Shown here: in pieces, positions 1-13,533 of the stretch
How positions within the stretch are numbered: position 1 is the first letter of the stretch
Layout of the letters: each line of letters starts with the position of its first letter
Notes under the pieces: model-generated
Told to the model about the DNA's origin: nothing
The model's database searches: none
What the model saw: only the letters and a program-made list of their open reading frames with translations
Program-made: the position numbers and the translations under genes
Assembly: GCF_031769215.1 (NCBI RefSeq)
Contig: NW_026781896.1
Location: 930,001 to 994,000 of the forward strand
DNA: 64,000 nucleotides
Reading direction: 5' to 3'
Source: Ylistrum balloti
Taxonomy: Eukaryota

Positions 1-158
1 GTTTTGTGTTCATACGTTGCCTTTATTAATCGATTGTGTATTTACAATATGATATTAAAACAATTTACAGAAATTTTCCCATCATTATTCAAAATGAATA
101 CAAAAGAAATCCAGTCGTCTTTCAGGAAAATGCATAATTTTAATTCATTCTTAAGCAT

Positions 159-2661
159 TTAATTAAGAACATAAATTGGCCACCCAGGATGGCATGTATG
201 TGCGAGAGAAGCACTCATCAGTGCCAGGTCGTCATGTGTCATGGGTGTGCTAGTGGGATTGCTGTCAATCAACTGTATGAGTTTTACCTAGAAATATAAA
301 ACAAAAAGTGTCTTCTTGATCTATTAAACAAAGTTGCCAGTTCGCATCGTGGCCAGTGCCGTTAATTGACCAAGGGAGTTGAAATATCTGACAAAGCCAA
401 ATAGCTGATAGGCACGGATCTGACTTCGGCTGTTGTGTGAGATATCTAAATCAACGTTTAACTTACTATATGTATTCCGAAGGCGTCATAACATTTAACT
501 GCAATATTTCCTAGAGATTTTGGGCTTTTAACGAAGTATTCAGCCATATATTGCCATATCCTAATCAAAGTTATTATTATAATCCACCAAATAGGTATTT
601 TGGCTACCATGCATTGCAATAAGTTTAAATGACAAATTTGTATTGATAAAAACTAGAAGATATTTTCGCAAAACGAAAAAAAATCACTAAAAACAAAAAA
701 GAAGAAAGACTGAAAGAATCGCTAATTTCATGAAATCGGAACTAAAACATTTAACGAACATAAAACATATTAAATCGCCTGAATTATTCACTGATTTGAA
801 AAAGGCATTTATCACTTTTAAAGATGAATATATATATATATATATTTAATTTTGTAAAAAAGGGAGAATCCCTCCATTCACTTGATAAAAATGATCTATG
901 AAAAACTCCAAACAAAAGATTGAAGTTAAGCCTATGACGATCGTTTTCATTCCGTGTAGATAATCTCTGTTCATCTACTAACCTCGAGATTCCTGAGAAC
1001 ATGAATATCTTGGATGTGACTCTTCTCATCATCACTTGGGTTATATATCCAACACTGATGGTTACTGACTATCGCCATACGTTGCTGCAAAACGTCATAC
1101 ACACTGCTAAATGATCCTTCAGCTTATTATATTTTCTTAATGTTGAACACATATCTTATTTTAGATTTCAATACCGATGAGAGGTCACATACAAATAGAA
1201 ATTCAAAAGCAGGATTGTATTAATGTTTTTAAACATCAATATTAGTTTGGGCATTTTGATGGTATTACTCACTGAAATACAAACTGACAATAAGGTCGAA
1301 ATTTTCGCGAATCAACTTTATGTACTGGGATGAAGTGTACTACCGGAACATATTTTATCATAGGGTTTGTATAGAACATAGTTTGTTGAATATTTTGGAA
1401 CAATGTGCCAAATTTGCTGAAATAATATGTCATATTCAACACCTTCGTGACATTACCGAATTAATGTCATACTTGAAGGCAAATCCTTCTCCAATATGTG
1501 GTGCGTGGGTTCCATGATGTCCATGTTGGTGTGTTGTATTATGGTTGTTATGGTTATGTGGTGCCTTAGTTGTTGTCATAGCACATGTCTGAAAAAAATG
1601 GAGTTGAAATACTTTTGTCGGTATTAATGCCAACAACTTTGAGATTTTCGAGTACACGATATGAATTTAGCAACTATTTACTGAAAAATAAATAAAGAAG
1701 ACGCTTTTGTACACTGGATTAAATAAATACAATTTAATATGTCTCATGAATATGAAAACAAGAGACCCATGTGCGTTCACGGTCATCTTACTCTAAAAAC
1801 ATATACATGAAAGGTCCAAAATAGGCCTTAAATAATTTTTTCAACTACTCTACAGCTTAAACAGAAGACATTGTTGGTTAATCATGACATTTTTTGCAAA
1901 CTTAATACCATATTCTTTATACATACAATACATTATTATCATTACTCATGATGCTTAACCATTTCAACACATTTAATTACTGTGACTTTGAAAATGGGTC
2001 AATGTCATTCATATCAACAAAGTTGGTAGGCCTTCATCCTAACATGCTATAGGCCTAATATCCTAATCCTTGACTATTATGTTATTTTGAAGAAGTTATT
2101 CTAAGATTTAAACATATTTGATCCATGTGACCTTTCAGGCGATAAAAGTAATCCTATTAACTAGAGCTTGAATCAACTTTCTGAATTTAAGAAATTATTC
2201 CCCATCCTATATGATGTTTCAGACCTTTGGTTGCAATCCAGCATTAAACATTTTGAGGTTTAATTTTGACTAGCTATCCCATTTGGAGCCCCGTCCACCT
2301 CTAGGTTCCTAGGAGTTAAATCAAGTTTCTGAATTTAAGAAATTATTCTCCACTCTGAATAATGTTTCACACCAAATTTCGTTGAAAATCATTCAAACAT
2401 TAAGTGTTTACGACGCAGTCCTAGCCACCGAGAAAGTGACGCCAGTCTCACTTTTGCGACTCTTCGTCGTATACGAGACAACATTACAAGATATTGATAT
2501 CAATGGAGTGCAAAGAACTAAAAAAAACCACGTTTCCTTGTATTATATTATTTGGAAAAACGGAATTTAAAGAATAATTCTTGTAAATAACTGCAAATAG
2601 TAAAGTTTTAAATACTCACTAAGGCGACCATACAGGCCAGAAGACCAAGTATTCCGTTCAT
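159..2661 (-). CDS. Secreted His-rich BRICHOS-like protein, copy 1 (4 exons, 134 aa, intact)
   Basis: Exons on minus strand: 2661-2620 (MNGILGLLACMVAL, donor gtgagt), 1588-1457 (TCAMTTTKAPHNHNNHNTTHQHGHHGTHAPHIGEGFAFKYDINS, acceptor ttttcag, donor gtaatg), 1084-983 (QRMAIVSNHQCWIYNPSDDEKSHIQDIHVLRNLE, acceptor tttgcag, donor gttagt), 287-159 (VKLIQLIDSNPTSTPMTHDDLALMSASLAHTCHPGWPIYVLN*, acceptor tttctag). All introns are GT-AG and phase 0, giving an open frame with a hydrophobic N-terminus. BRICHOS-likeness is inferred from the motif pattern. Confidence 0.88.
1757..2481 (+). mobile_element. Non-autonomous Helentron/HINE-like element in intron 1 (also 9196-9921, 16638-17361, 24076-24800; truncated at 31531-32098; deleted form inverted in copy 6)
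   Basis: 5' end aacaagagacccatgtgcgttcacggtcatct; internal gtgactttgaaaatgggtcaa palindrome-like motif; two ~150-bp core repeats (aatcaa.tttctgaatttaagaaattatt...gatgtttca..cc); 3' gtctc...gagaca stem. The core resembles the one at 55.6-56.2 kb. Confidence 0.6.
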
Positions 2662-4273
2662 CGTTAGAATGTGATGTTGGACCCAAGCAAGGAAACAAGT
2701 GAATCAAAGAATTGAACTGACCGATGTATTTGTATCTAATGTGTGGGAATGACCTGGATTTTCATTCTTATCTGTAGTGTTGTGATGTCTGTGATCATAC
2801 CATATGGTCAGCATCATGCTAACCCATTTCATTATTTTGTTTCACAATTTCTATGTTTGTTTGATTAATGTAGAAACATGTAGATAGCATCCCTTTCTTT
2901 ATTATCTACTTATACTACACGTATCCTATGTAGGTAGAATATTATATATCCTGTCTAAACTCGTTTTTGTAAAGAATTAAAAACAAAGAAAATACTGACA
3001 ATTTAACAGATTATTTATACAGTGTCGTTTTTACCTGTTTTGAATAAATATAGTGCCTGTTAGATATAAAGTAGCACCGCATCTTCGTCGATGCATATAA
3101 TTATGTTTGTTTCATTTATCATCTCTTCGTCAACATCTTTTTGAAACGACTAGTTGTTATCTTATTGAACAACATACGGGAGGCTCGTTACTTGCCTTTC
3201 AGTGCAACTTCGTAAAGGTGGCTTACCAGCGTACACAACCTTGACTGCACAAACCCACTAGTTTCCCATCCTCCTGAGAAAAAACCAACGCCCAATGATG
3301 TATATTCATCATATCTTACAGGGGAACAATGTTCACATCATTTCACGTATTCCGTTTTTATTTCCAATTATTTGAACAGAAAAAACAATCTTGTCCAAAA
3401 TGTGTTACAATAAGCATGAGTACATATACAAATGTGATTAGAGAGCAGACATGTTACCCAACAGTGTGTGATCTTTTGTTAGCTAAGTCTGAAATCGTGC
3501 CCGTTGAACCTTCTAATTTATCACATTTGCACTCAAATGACCAGGTAAGTTTTCGGTCATTTTGAGATGAAACAGTCTCCATTGTTTCCAATTTCCCATT
3601 GTGAAAGTTATTGCCGGCTCTTTTTCCGCATAGGAAGAGAGAAAAATCTCATTTTTCTCTTGCCGCTTGTTGTTTTATGCGATTGGAGTTTTATTTCAGC
3701 TTACAGAGTAAGATACTAATGCTTCACGCTCTTCTATATCTAAAGCACTCCAATACCTCAAGCATTCCACTTTATCTCATAAGGTCAAATGGTTCATATT
3801 GTAATGATTGTAGTTTCACATATTCGACACTAGGATATGAAGCAATTAGCGGACGGCATTATAGTGTAATCGCTTAGAAATGTCAAAACATTGACACATA
3901 TGCATGACCCAATTTGTCTCATTGATATTCAAATAAGGAATGTTTAAAACACTGATCAACAATTTTTTCATTTGTATAACAGTCTTGTCCAGTCACAGCG
4001 TTATTAATACATTAAAGCACACAGCTACTTATTGATGAAACGTATAAAGACAGCAATGAACTTTCACAGCGTCACTAAAACCAAAATAAATTATCAACAA
4101 TTAATCAAATTGAGGAAAACAGTGACTTGTATGACAGCATTGTCCCGTCACAGCGTTAACACAACGTAAAAGAGAACCACCATATTAATCGAATTGATAA
4201 AAAAACAAGAACACAGGACACATTTTACTTCGAAATCATTAAACCACTACAAAAGTGATTCCTTTCTGACATC

Positions 4274-4366
4274 GGAAATTTCCCCGTCGTCTGTATCTGT
4301 AAAAATATATAACTCTTGAGCTGAAGAGATTGTCAAAATTGAAACAATAATGTTATTTTGACGTCA
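4274..4366. promoter_or_regulatory. Candidate kappaB (GGAAATTTCC) plus CRE (TGACGTCA) pair upstream of the His-rich gene, repeated in each unit
   Basis: GGAAATTTCC at 4274-4283 and TGACGTCA at 4359-4366, ~1.6-1.7 kb upstream of the ATG. Motif match only. Confidence 0.3.
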
Positions 4367-4610
4367 TGATTATTGAAAAGAAAATATTTCTCAAAATGAA
4401 AACTAGCCAGCTAGTCAGTCCTAGAACAAACCAAATATGAAGTGATATTGCTCTGTCTTGGTTAAAAGCGATAAAAGGAAAAATTGTACAGTGTCATGAA
4501 TTGAATATACCTTGTTCCTTGATAAATAAAGTTTAGATGTTTTCCAGTTTGGAGGAAACTGATATTTTATCTTATGAGAACAAAAGATTTCTGTTCGGAT
4601 TAAGAATATA

Positions 4611-6090
4611 TACTAAACAAAAAAAATGAAAGGTAACACTACTTTATTCTGTGATTATTTAATTAACCCCTTCATAAACGCTTACCAATCATGTACGAAT
4701 AAAGTAATTGATCACTTCTGATAAAACTGCAGTCATGGTTCATTATAAAACTTTGCGTTCAGTTGATTTTATTCGACTGTAATGGACGTTGGGGTCAATT
4801 TCAAAGGCAACACCATTAGTAACAGGTATGGCCACTGTTTGCGAAGTAAACAGCATTGCAGCGTCGTCGCATAGAAATCGTAAATCGGCGGATAATTCGA
4901 GGAGAGATGTTGTTCGATTCAAAAATCAAGGCTTGGGCCAGCTCCTACAAGTTTGACGGCTGATTTTGACGTTCTCTCACGCGTCGCCCAAGAACGTCAC
5001 AGACATGCTTAATCGGTGACAAATCAGGTGATTTAGACGGCCAATCTAACATCTGTACGTTATTATGCCACAAGAAAGTTCTGCTGACGCGACTGGTGTG
5101 CGCTGGTGCGTTATCCTGTTGAAAAATGTGGCCAAAGCCATGGCGTCTTAAGAATGGCAGAACCACTGGTCTTAAAATTTCGTCGCGATATCGAATGGCG
5201 GTTAAACTGTCATTTAACACAACAAGCCTGGTACAAGTCCCCCCACAAATACCACCCCAAACCATTACACTTCCGCCGCCAAAGCGGTCTCGTTCTGCGA
5301 CGCAGCAGTTCGCAAAACGCTCCCTTCGTCGTCTCCACACTCTGCGCATTTCGTCACCGTGTTGCAGACAAAACCTGGACTCATCTGAAAACAGAACATT
5401 GTTCCATTATCGTAAGGCCCAACGACGGTGAACACGGGTCCAGTTACGCCGATTATTACGGTGACGTCGCAACAAATTGGGTCCAGTGTAAGGACGCCGC
5501 GTTTTCAATTGGTAGGCCCTCAACCTATTGCGGACTGTTTGGGAGACACACGACGCCCAAACAATGTCTTTGTAGTCTCTACTGCGGTTACGAATCGATT
5601 GCGCAAGTGTATCAATCGTATACCACGGTCATCCCAGGCGGTCTTCTTACGGGATCGGCCGCTTCGAGGACGATCGGATGTTGACCAGTTTGGTTTAAAC
5701 GACTTACCAACTAGCAAATTGTCTTAACACTGCAACCAAAATGCCGTACAAGTCGACGGCGAGACTCCCCAGCCTGTATCATGCCTACAGCCCTTTCTCT
5801 CTCTACTTGTGACAGCCGGGGCATAATGATAAAGTTGATAGATAGCAAGATTCGGTGATTTCTAAGTCCTAAGGAACAGTTGTCAGTTTGAATGTTTATG
5901 AAATTCAAGCGAAGGTACAAGGTAGTCACAGAAAACCTCGTGCAGCTCTTTCGATAATACAGACTTTCACGCTTGAATGATTTTGGTAACCTCCTTCAAT
6001 TTTGTAATATTGCACAAGCGTCATTTTGTTTTCACTCATTTACAGGTATTCGCCAAGGAAACATGTTAACCTTTCTTTTTTTGTTGAGTA
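4611..6090 (-). mobile_element. Tc1/mariner (DD34E) DNA transposon, non-functional, unit 1
   Basis: TA-flanked imperfect TIRs (tactaaacaaaaaaaatgaaagg / cctttctttttttgttgagta). Transposase spans 5824-4816: MPRLSQVERERAVGM (paired-like HTH), FSDESRF, GGGSVMVWG, FQQDNAPAH, WPSKSPDLSPI(K)H. It has two frameshifts, an in-frame TAA before WNNVLFSDE, and a further TAG near 4945. Confidence 0.93.
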
Positions 6091-7140
6091 TATACACACA
6101 CATATAAGCTTGTTGAAATGCATTTTTGCAAATCTTGACAGTGTTGGATTGTTGTGTTATCAAGTGAAGTATTCGTACTGATTTTAGAAGGATTATATCA
6201 CTTTCCCACTTTCCTTTGCGAACCAAACCAGCTTGTTATTTCATGAATTGTGAAAATGACAAAGAGGTTGTTACTCATGAATTGTGAAATTATCTAGTGA
6301 TCATATATTATTCTTCAAATTTATTTATTTTTACCCACAAAAACGACTTCAGACATCAACTTAATATTAATATTCATCTTCAATAGCTTTCGAATGGACA
6401 ATACCAATATCATATTTTCATCACAAGTTCATATTACAAATAATTTGTAAATGACAAAACCATTAACACATGAGCTGTTATCATAAGGAAATGGTCGACC
6501 ACTTCTGATCTATTCTATGCAGAATATTTCTTTTGATTTGTCACTAATGTTACAGAAAAGGCCATCTTTTCTTTCCGGAACACAGGGCTTTGTTTCGTTT
6601 GTTGATGTGTCTATCATTAGGTCTCTTATATCTTATGATTAAGTTTGTCAATTTGGAGAATTTCAGCTTGTTTAAATGACACAATGCAATACGTTTGTGT
6701 ATGTGTATACATCACCCAAATACATTTAAATCGTATAATCTAGTACGTATTTATCCAAAAGGCATGGAGACCCTAATGAGCATAACATCTCAGTTTACTC
6801 GATACTCTAAACATACTCATTAAGACGCAATAGACGCTATATTAACGTCACAAAAAACTGCATTCAGCGTAATATTTTTTAGCGAAACCCCTGAAATAAC
6901 ATCATTGCTAAAAGTTATATATAAATTAAAAATATGAATGTATATTAGTCATAAGAAAGGTGATATGTATAAGCTCAATGAGCAAAGAAAACTGAATTCA
7001 TTTAAAGCACATTATCTTGGTATGGTATTCTTTCCAAGAATGGTTAAAAACTATATAGATATATGATTGTGAGTAATACTGAAGAGTGTTTGGTGGGAAA
7101 ATTAGCCCAAATCAAAGAAGAAACATACCAAAACATGAAA

Positions 7141-7290
7141 ATGATCGAGTTTCGTGTTGGCAACATCTTCGTCGAGATTGGTGGCAAGATTTTCCAACAC
7201 CCTATTGGCATACCAATAGGAATTAACTGTGGTCCTTTGTTGGCCGAGTTGTTTTGTTTTCATACGAGGCGGAATTTATCAAAATTGAAA
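7141..7290 (+). mobile_element. Penelope-like retroelement RT fragment (also at ~14572-14720, 22010-22160, 29459-29610, and inverted at ~36165-36315)
   Basis: NIFVEIGGKIFQHPIGIPIGINCGPLLAELF followed, after a frameshift, by FSYEAEFI resembles the PLE RT segment NIFV.FGG..FQQ.IGIPMGTNCAPLLADLFLYSYEAEF. It is a ~150-bp relic only. Confidence 0.7.
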
Positions 7291-7621
7291 AAGAAGTGGT
7301 CAAAACAGGTTTTTGTTTCTTCGGCAAAATCAGCTTTACTTATTAATTTTATCTTAAACAAGGCATAAAAATTCATGCTTGATCATGAGAACGGTTTCTT
7401 GAATACGGGTCAAGTTCTTGTTATCTTTGTATTATTTCAAGAGTTTCCTTATCATCTGTTTTGTGTTCATACGCTGCCTTCATTAATCGATTGTGTATTT
7501 ACATTATGATATTAAAACAATATACAGAAATTTTCTTATTATTATTAAAAATAAGAACAAAAGAAATTCAGTCATCTTTCAGGAAAATGCATAATTTTAA
7601 TTGGTCTACATTCTTAAGCAT

Positions 7622-10103
7622 TTAATTAAGAACATAAATTGGCCACCCAGGATGGCATGTATGTGCGAGAGAAGAACTCATCAGTGCCAGGTCGTCATGT
7701 GTCATGGGTGTGCTACTGGGATTGCTGTCTATCAACTGGATGAGTTTTACCTAGAAATATAAAACAAAAAGTGTCTTCTTGATCTGTTAAACAAGTGTAA
7801 AAATCGTTCATGATCGCAAGGTTGCCAGTTCGCATCGTGGCCAGTGCCGTTAATTGACCAAGGGAGTTGAAATATCTGACAAAGCCAAATAGCTGATAGG
7901 CACAGATCTAACTTCGGCTATCGTGTGAGATATCTAAATCAGCATTTAACTTACTATATGTATTCCGAAGGCGTCATAACATTTAACTGCAATATTTGCA
8001 AGAGTTTTGGGGGTTTTAACGAAGTATGCGACCATATATTGTCATATCCTAATCAAAATTATTATTATAATCCGCCAAATAGGTATTTTGGCTAGCATGC
8101 ATTACGATCAATTTGAATGACAAATTTGTTTTGAAAAGATATTTTCGCAAAATGAAAAAAAAATCACTAAAAAGAACAAAGACTGAAAGAATCGTTAACT
8201 TCCTGAAACATATGAAATCGCCTGAATTATTCACCGACTTGAAAAAGCCATTTATTATTTTTAAAGATGAAATATATATATATATATAATTTTGCAAAAA
8301 AGAAAGAATCCCTCCCTTCACTTGATCAAAATGATCTATGAAAAACTCCAAACAAAAGATTTAAGTTAAGCCTATGACGATCGCTTTCATTCCGTGTAGA
8401 TAACCTGTTCATCTACTAACCTCGAGATTCCTGAGAACATGAATATCTTGGATGTGACTCTTCTCATCATCACTTGGGTTATATATCCAACACTGATGGT
8501 TACTGACTATCGCCATACGTTGCTGCAAAACGTCATAAACACTGCTAAATGATCTTTCAGCTTATTATATTTTCTTAATGTTGAACACATATTTTATTTT
8601 AGATTTTAATACAGATGAGAGGTCACATACAAATAGAAATTCAAAAGCAGGATTGTATTAATGTTTTTAAACATCAATGTTAGTTTGGGCATTTTGATGG
8701 TATTAGTCACTGAAATACAAACTGACAATAAGGTCGAAATTTTCGCGAATCAACTTTAAGTACTGGGATGAAGTGTACTACCGGAACATATTTTATCATA
8801 AGGGTTTGTATAGAACATAGTTTGTTGAATATTTTGGAACAATGTGCCAAATTTGCTGAAATAAGATGTCATATTCAACACCTTCGTGACATTACCGAAT
8901 TAATGTCATACTTGAAGGCAAATCCTTCTCCAATATGTGGTGCGTGGGTTCCATGATGTCCATGTTGGTGTGTTGTATTATGGTTGTTATGGTTATGTGG
9001 TGCCTTAGTTGTTGTCATAGCACATGTCTGAAAAAAATGGAGTTGAAATACTTTTGTCGGTATTAATGCCAACAACTTTGAGATTTTCGAGTACACGATA
9101 TGAATTTAGCAACTATTTACTGAAAAATAAATAAAGAAGACGCTTTTGTACACTGGATTAAATAAATACAATTTAATATGTCTCATGAATATGAAAACAA
9201 GAGACCCATGTGCGTTCACGGTCATCTTACTCTAAAAACATATACATGAAAGAGCCAAAATAGGCCTTAAATAATTTTTTTCAACTACTCTACAGCTTAA
9301 ACAGAAGACATTGTTGGTTAATCATGACATTTTTTGCAAACTTAATACCATATTCTTTATACATACAATACATAATTATCATTACTCATGATGCTTAACC
9401 ATTTCAACACATTTAATAACTGTGACTTTGAAAATGGGTCAATGTCATTCATATCAACAAAGTTGGTAGGCCTTCATCCTAACATGCTATAGGCCTAATA
9501 TCCTAATCCTTGACTATTATGTTATTTTGAAGAAGTTATTCTAAGATTTAAACATATTTGATCCCTGTGACCTTTCAGGCGATAAAAGTAATCCTATTAA
9601 CTAGAGCTTGAATCAACTTTCTGAATTTAAGAAATTATTCCCCATCCTATATGATGTTTCAGACTTTTGGTTGCAATCCAGCATTAAACATTTTGAGGTT
9701 TAATATTGACTAGCTATCCCATTTGGAGCCCCGTCCACCTCTAGGTTCCTAGGAGTCAAATCAAGTTTCTGAATTTAAGAAATTATTCTCCACTCTGAAT
9801 AATGTTTCACACCAAAGTTCGTTGAAAATCATTCAAACATTAAGTGTTTACGAAGCAGTCCTAGCCACCGAGAAAGTGACGCCAGTCTCACTTTTGCGAC
9901 TCTTCGTCGTATACGAGACAACATTACAAGATATTGATATCAATGGAGTGCAAAGAACTTAAAAAAAAACTACGTTTCCTTGTATTATATTATTTAGAAA
10001 AACGGAATTTAAAGAATAATTCTTGTAAATAACTGCAAATAGTAAAGTTTTAAATACTCACTAAGGCGACCATACAGGCCAGAAGACCAAGTATTCCGTT
10101 CAT
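7622..10103 (-). CDS. Secreted His-rich BRICHOS-like protein, copy 2 (intact)
   Basis: Exons 10103-10062, 9027-8896, 8522-8421, 7750-7622, with the same splice sites as copy 1. Exon 4 reads SNPSSTP...MSSSLAHTC (T>S and A>S versus copy 1). Confidence 0.88.
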
Positions 10104-12052
10104 CGTTAGAATGTGATGTTGGACCCAAGCAAGGAAACAAGTGAATCAAAGAATTGAACTGACCGATGTATTTGTATCTAATGTGTGGGAATGACCTGGA
10201 TTTTCATTCTTATCTGTAGTGTTGTGATGTCTGTGATCATACCATATGGTCAGCATCATGCTAACCCATTTCATTATTTTGTTTCACAATTTCTATGTTT
10301 GTTTGATTAATGTAGAAACATGTAGATAGCATCCCTTTCTTTATTATCTACTTATACTACACGTATCCTATGTAGGTAGAATATTATATATCCTGTCTAA
10401 ACTCGTTTTTGTAAAGAATTAAAAACAAAGAAAATACTGACAATTTAACAGATTATTTATACAGTGTCGTTTTTACCTGTTTTGAATAAATATAGTGCCT
10501 GTTAGATATAAAGTAGCACCGCATCTTCGTCGATGCATATAATTATGTTTGTTTCATTTATCATCTCCTCGTCAACATCTTTTTGAAACGGCTAGTTGTT
10601 ATCTTATTGAACAACATACGGGAGGCTCGTTACTTGCCATTCAGTGCAACTTCGTAAAGGTGGCTTACCAGCGTACACAACCTTGACTGCACAAACCGAC
10701 TAGTTTCCCATCCTCCTGAGAAAAAACCAACGCCCAATGATGTATATTCATCATATCTAACAGGGGAACAATTTTTACATCATTTCACGTATTCCGTTTT
10801 TATTTCCAATTATTTGAACAGAAAATACAATCTTGTCCAAAATGTGTTCCAATAAGCATGAGTACATATACAAATGTGATTAGAGAGCAGACATGTTACC
10901 CAACAGTGTGTGACCTTTTGTTAGCTAAGTCTGAAATCGTGCCCGTTGAACCTTCTAATTTATCACATTTGCACTCAAATGACCAGGTAAGTTTTCGGTC
11001 ATTTTGAGATGAAACAGTCTCCATTGTTTCCAATTTCCCATTGTGAAAGTTATTGCCGGCTCTTTTTCCGCATAGGAAGAGAGAAAAATCTCATTTTTCT
11101 CTTGCCGCTTGTTGTTTTATGCGATTGGAGTTTTATTTCAGCTTACAGAGTAAGATACTAATGCTTCACGCTCTTCTATATCTAAAGCACTCCAATACCT
11201 CAAGCATTCCACTTTATCTCATAAGGTCAAATGGTTCATATTGTAATGATTGTAGTTTCACATATTCGACACTAGGATATGAAGCAATTAGCGGACGGCA
11301 TTATAGTGTAATCGCTTAGAAATGTCAAAACATTGACACATATGCATGACCCAATTTGTCTCATTGATATTCAAATAAGGAATGTTTAAAACACTGATCA
11401 ACACATTTTTCATTTGTATAACAGTCTTGTCCAGTCACAGCGTTATTAATACATTAAAGCACACAGCTACTTATTGATGAAACGTATAAAGACAGCAATG
11501 AACTTTCACAGCGTCACTAAAACCAAAATAAATTATCAACAATTAATCAAATTGAGGAAAACAGTGACTTGTATGACAGCATTGTCCCGTCACAGCGTTA
11601 ACACAACGTAAAAGAGAACCACCATATTAATCGAATTGATAAAAAAACAAGAACACAGGACACATTTTACTTCGAAATCATTAAACCACTACAAAAGTGA
11701 TTCCTTTCTGACATCGGAAATTTCCCCGTCGTCTGTATCTGTAAAAATATATAACTCTTGAGCTGAAGAGATTGTCAAAATTGAAACAATAATGTTATTT
11801 TGACGTCATGATTATTGAAAAGAAAATATTTCTCAAAATGAAAACTAGCCAGCTAGTCAGTCCTAGAACAAACCAAATATGAAGTGATATTGCTCTGTCT
11901 TGGTTAAAAGCGATAAAAGGAAAAATTGTACAGTGTCATGAATTGAATATACCTTGTTCCTTGATAAATAAAGTTTAGATGTTTTCCAGTTTGGAGGAAA
12001 CTGATATTTTATCTTATGAGAACAAAAGATTTCTGTTCGGATTAAGAATATA

Positions 12053-13533
12053 TACTAAACAAAAAAAAATGAAAGGTAACACTACTTTATTCTGTGATTA
12101 TTTAATTAACCCCTTCATAAACGCTTACCAATCATGTACGAATAAAGTAATTGATCACTTCTGATAAAACTGCAGTCATGGTTCATTATAAAACTTTGCG
12201 TTCAGTTGATTTTATTCGACTGTAATGGACGTTGGGGTCAATTTCAAAGGCAACACCATTAGTAACAGGTATGGCCACCGTTTGCGAAGTAAACAGCATT
12301 GCAGCGTCGTCGCATAGAAATCGTAAATCGGCGGATAATTCGAGGAGAGATGTTGTTCGATTCAAAAATCAAGGCTTGGGCCAGCTCCTGCAAGTTTGAC
12401 GACTGATTTTGACGTTCTCTCACGCGTCGCCCAAGAACGTCACAGACATGCTTAATCGGTGACAAATCAGGTGATTTAGACGGCCAATCTAACATCTGTA
12501 CGTTATTGTGCCACAAGAAAGTTCTGCTGACGCGACTGGTGTGCGCTGGTGCGTTATCCTGTTGAAAAATGTGGCCAAAGCCATGGCGTCTTAAGAATGG
12601 CAGAACCACTGGTCTTAAAATTTCGTCGCGATATCGAATGGCGGTTAAACTGTCATTTAACACAACAAGCCTGGTACAAGTCCCCCCACAAATACCACCC
12701 CAAACCATTACACTTCCGCCGCCAAAGCGGTCTCGTTCTGCGACGCAGCAGTTCGCAAAACGCTCCCTTCGTCGTCTCCACACGCTGCGCATTTCGTCAC
12801 CGTGTTGCAGACAAAACCTGGACTCATCTGAAAACAGAACATTGTTCCATTATCGTAAGGCCCAACGACGGTGAACACGGGTCCAGTTACGCCGATTATT
12901 ACGGTGACGTCGCAACAAATTGGGTCCAGTGTAAGGACGCCGCGTTTTCAATTGGTAGGCCCTCAACCTATTGCGGACTGTTTGGGAGACACACGACGCC
13001 CAAACAATGTCTTTGTAGTCTCTACTGCGGTTACGAATCGATTGCGCAAGTGTATCAATCGTATACCACGGTCATCCCAGGCGGTCTTCTTACGGGATCG
13101 GCCGCTTCGAGGACGATCGGATGTTGACCAGTTTGGTTTAAACGACTTACCAACTAGCAAATTGTCTTAACACTGCAACCAAAATGCCGTACAAGTCGAC
13201 GGCGAGACTTCCCAGCCTGTATCATGCCTACAGCCCTTTCTCTCTCTACTTGTGACAGCCGGGGCATAATGATAAAGTTGATAGATAGCAAGATTCGGTG
13301 ATTTCTAAGTCCTAAGGAACAGTTGTCAGTTTGAATGTTTATGAAATTCAAGCGAAGGTACAAGTCAGTGACAGAAAACCTCGTGCAGCTCTTTCGATAA
13401 TACAGACTTTCACGCTTGAATGATTTTGGTAACCTCCTTCAATTTTGTAATATTGCACAAGCGTCATTTTGTTTTCACTCATTTACAGGTATTCGCCAAG
13501 GAAACATGTTAACCTTTCTTTTTTTGTTGAGTA
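12053..13533 (-). mobile_element. Tc1/mariner transposon, non-functional, unit 2
   Basis: Same element and flanks as unit 1, with the shared frameshifts and TAA. The C-terminal part is open to 12259. Confidence 0.93.

Noticed and set aside
1436-1657. ORF-track single-exon protein MYSKISK...HGTHAPH...SRRC and its copies
   Set aside because: Only 1457-1588 is exonic; the flanks are intron sequence read through strong acceptor and donor sites, and the spliced model gives a signal peptide and a complete domain.
2690-2740. TATA/Inr promoter for the His-rich gene (tacaaata ... tcagtt / tcactt)
   Set aside because: The TATA match is non-consensus and the spacing fits only one of two possible initiators; it cannot be supported without TSS data.
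3611-3877. 88-aa ORF conserved in all units and in copy 6
   Set aside because: It has a TTG start and no recognisable motif, the copy-6 version differs in start and length, and conservation is explained by recent duplication.
5106-5727. Plus-strand ORFs of 192, 101 and 99 aa in every unit
   Set aside because: They are antisense shadows of the GC-richer Tc1 transposase; recurrence reflects the tandem duplication, not selection.
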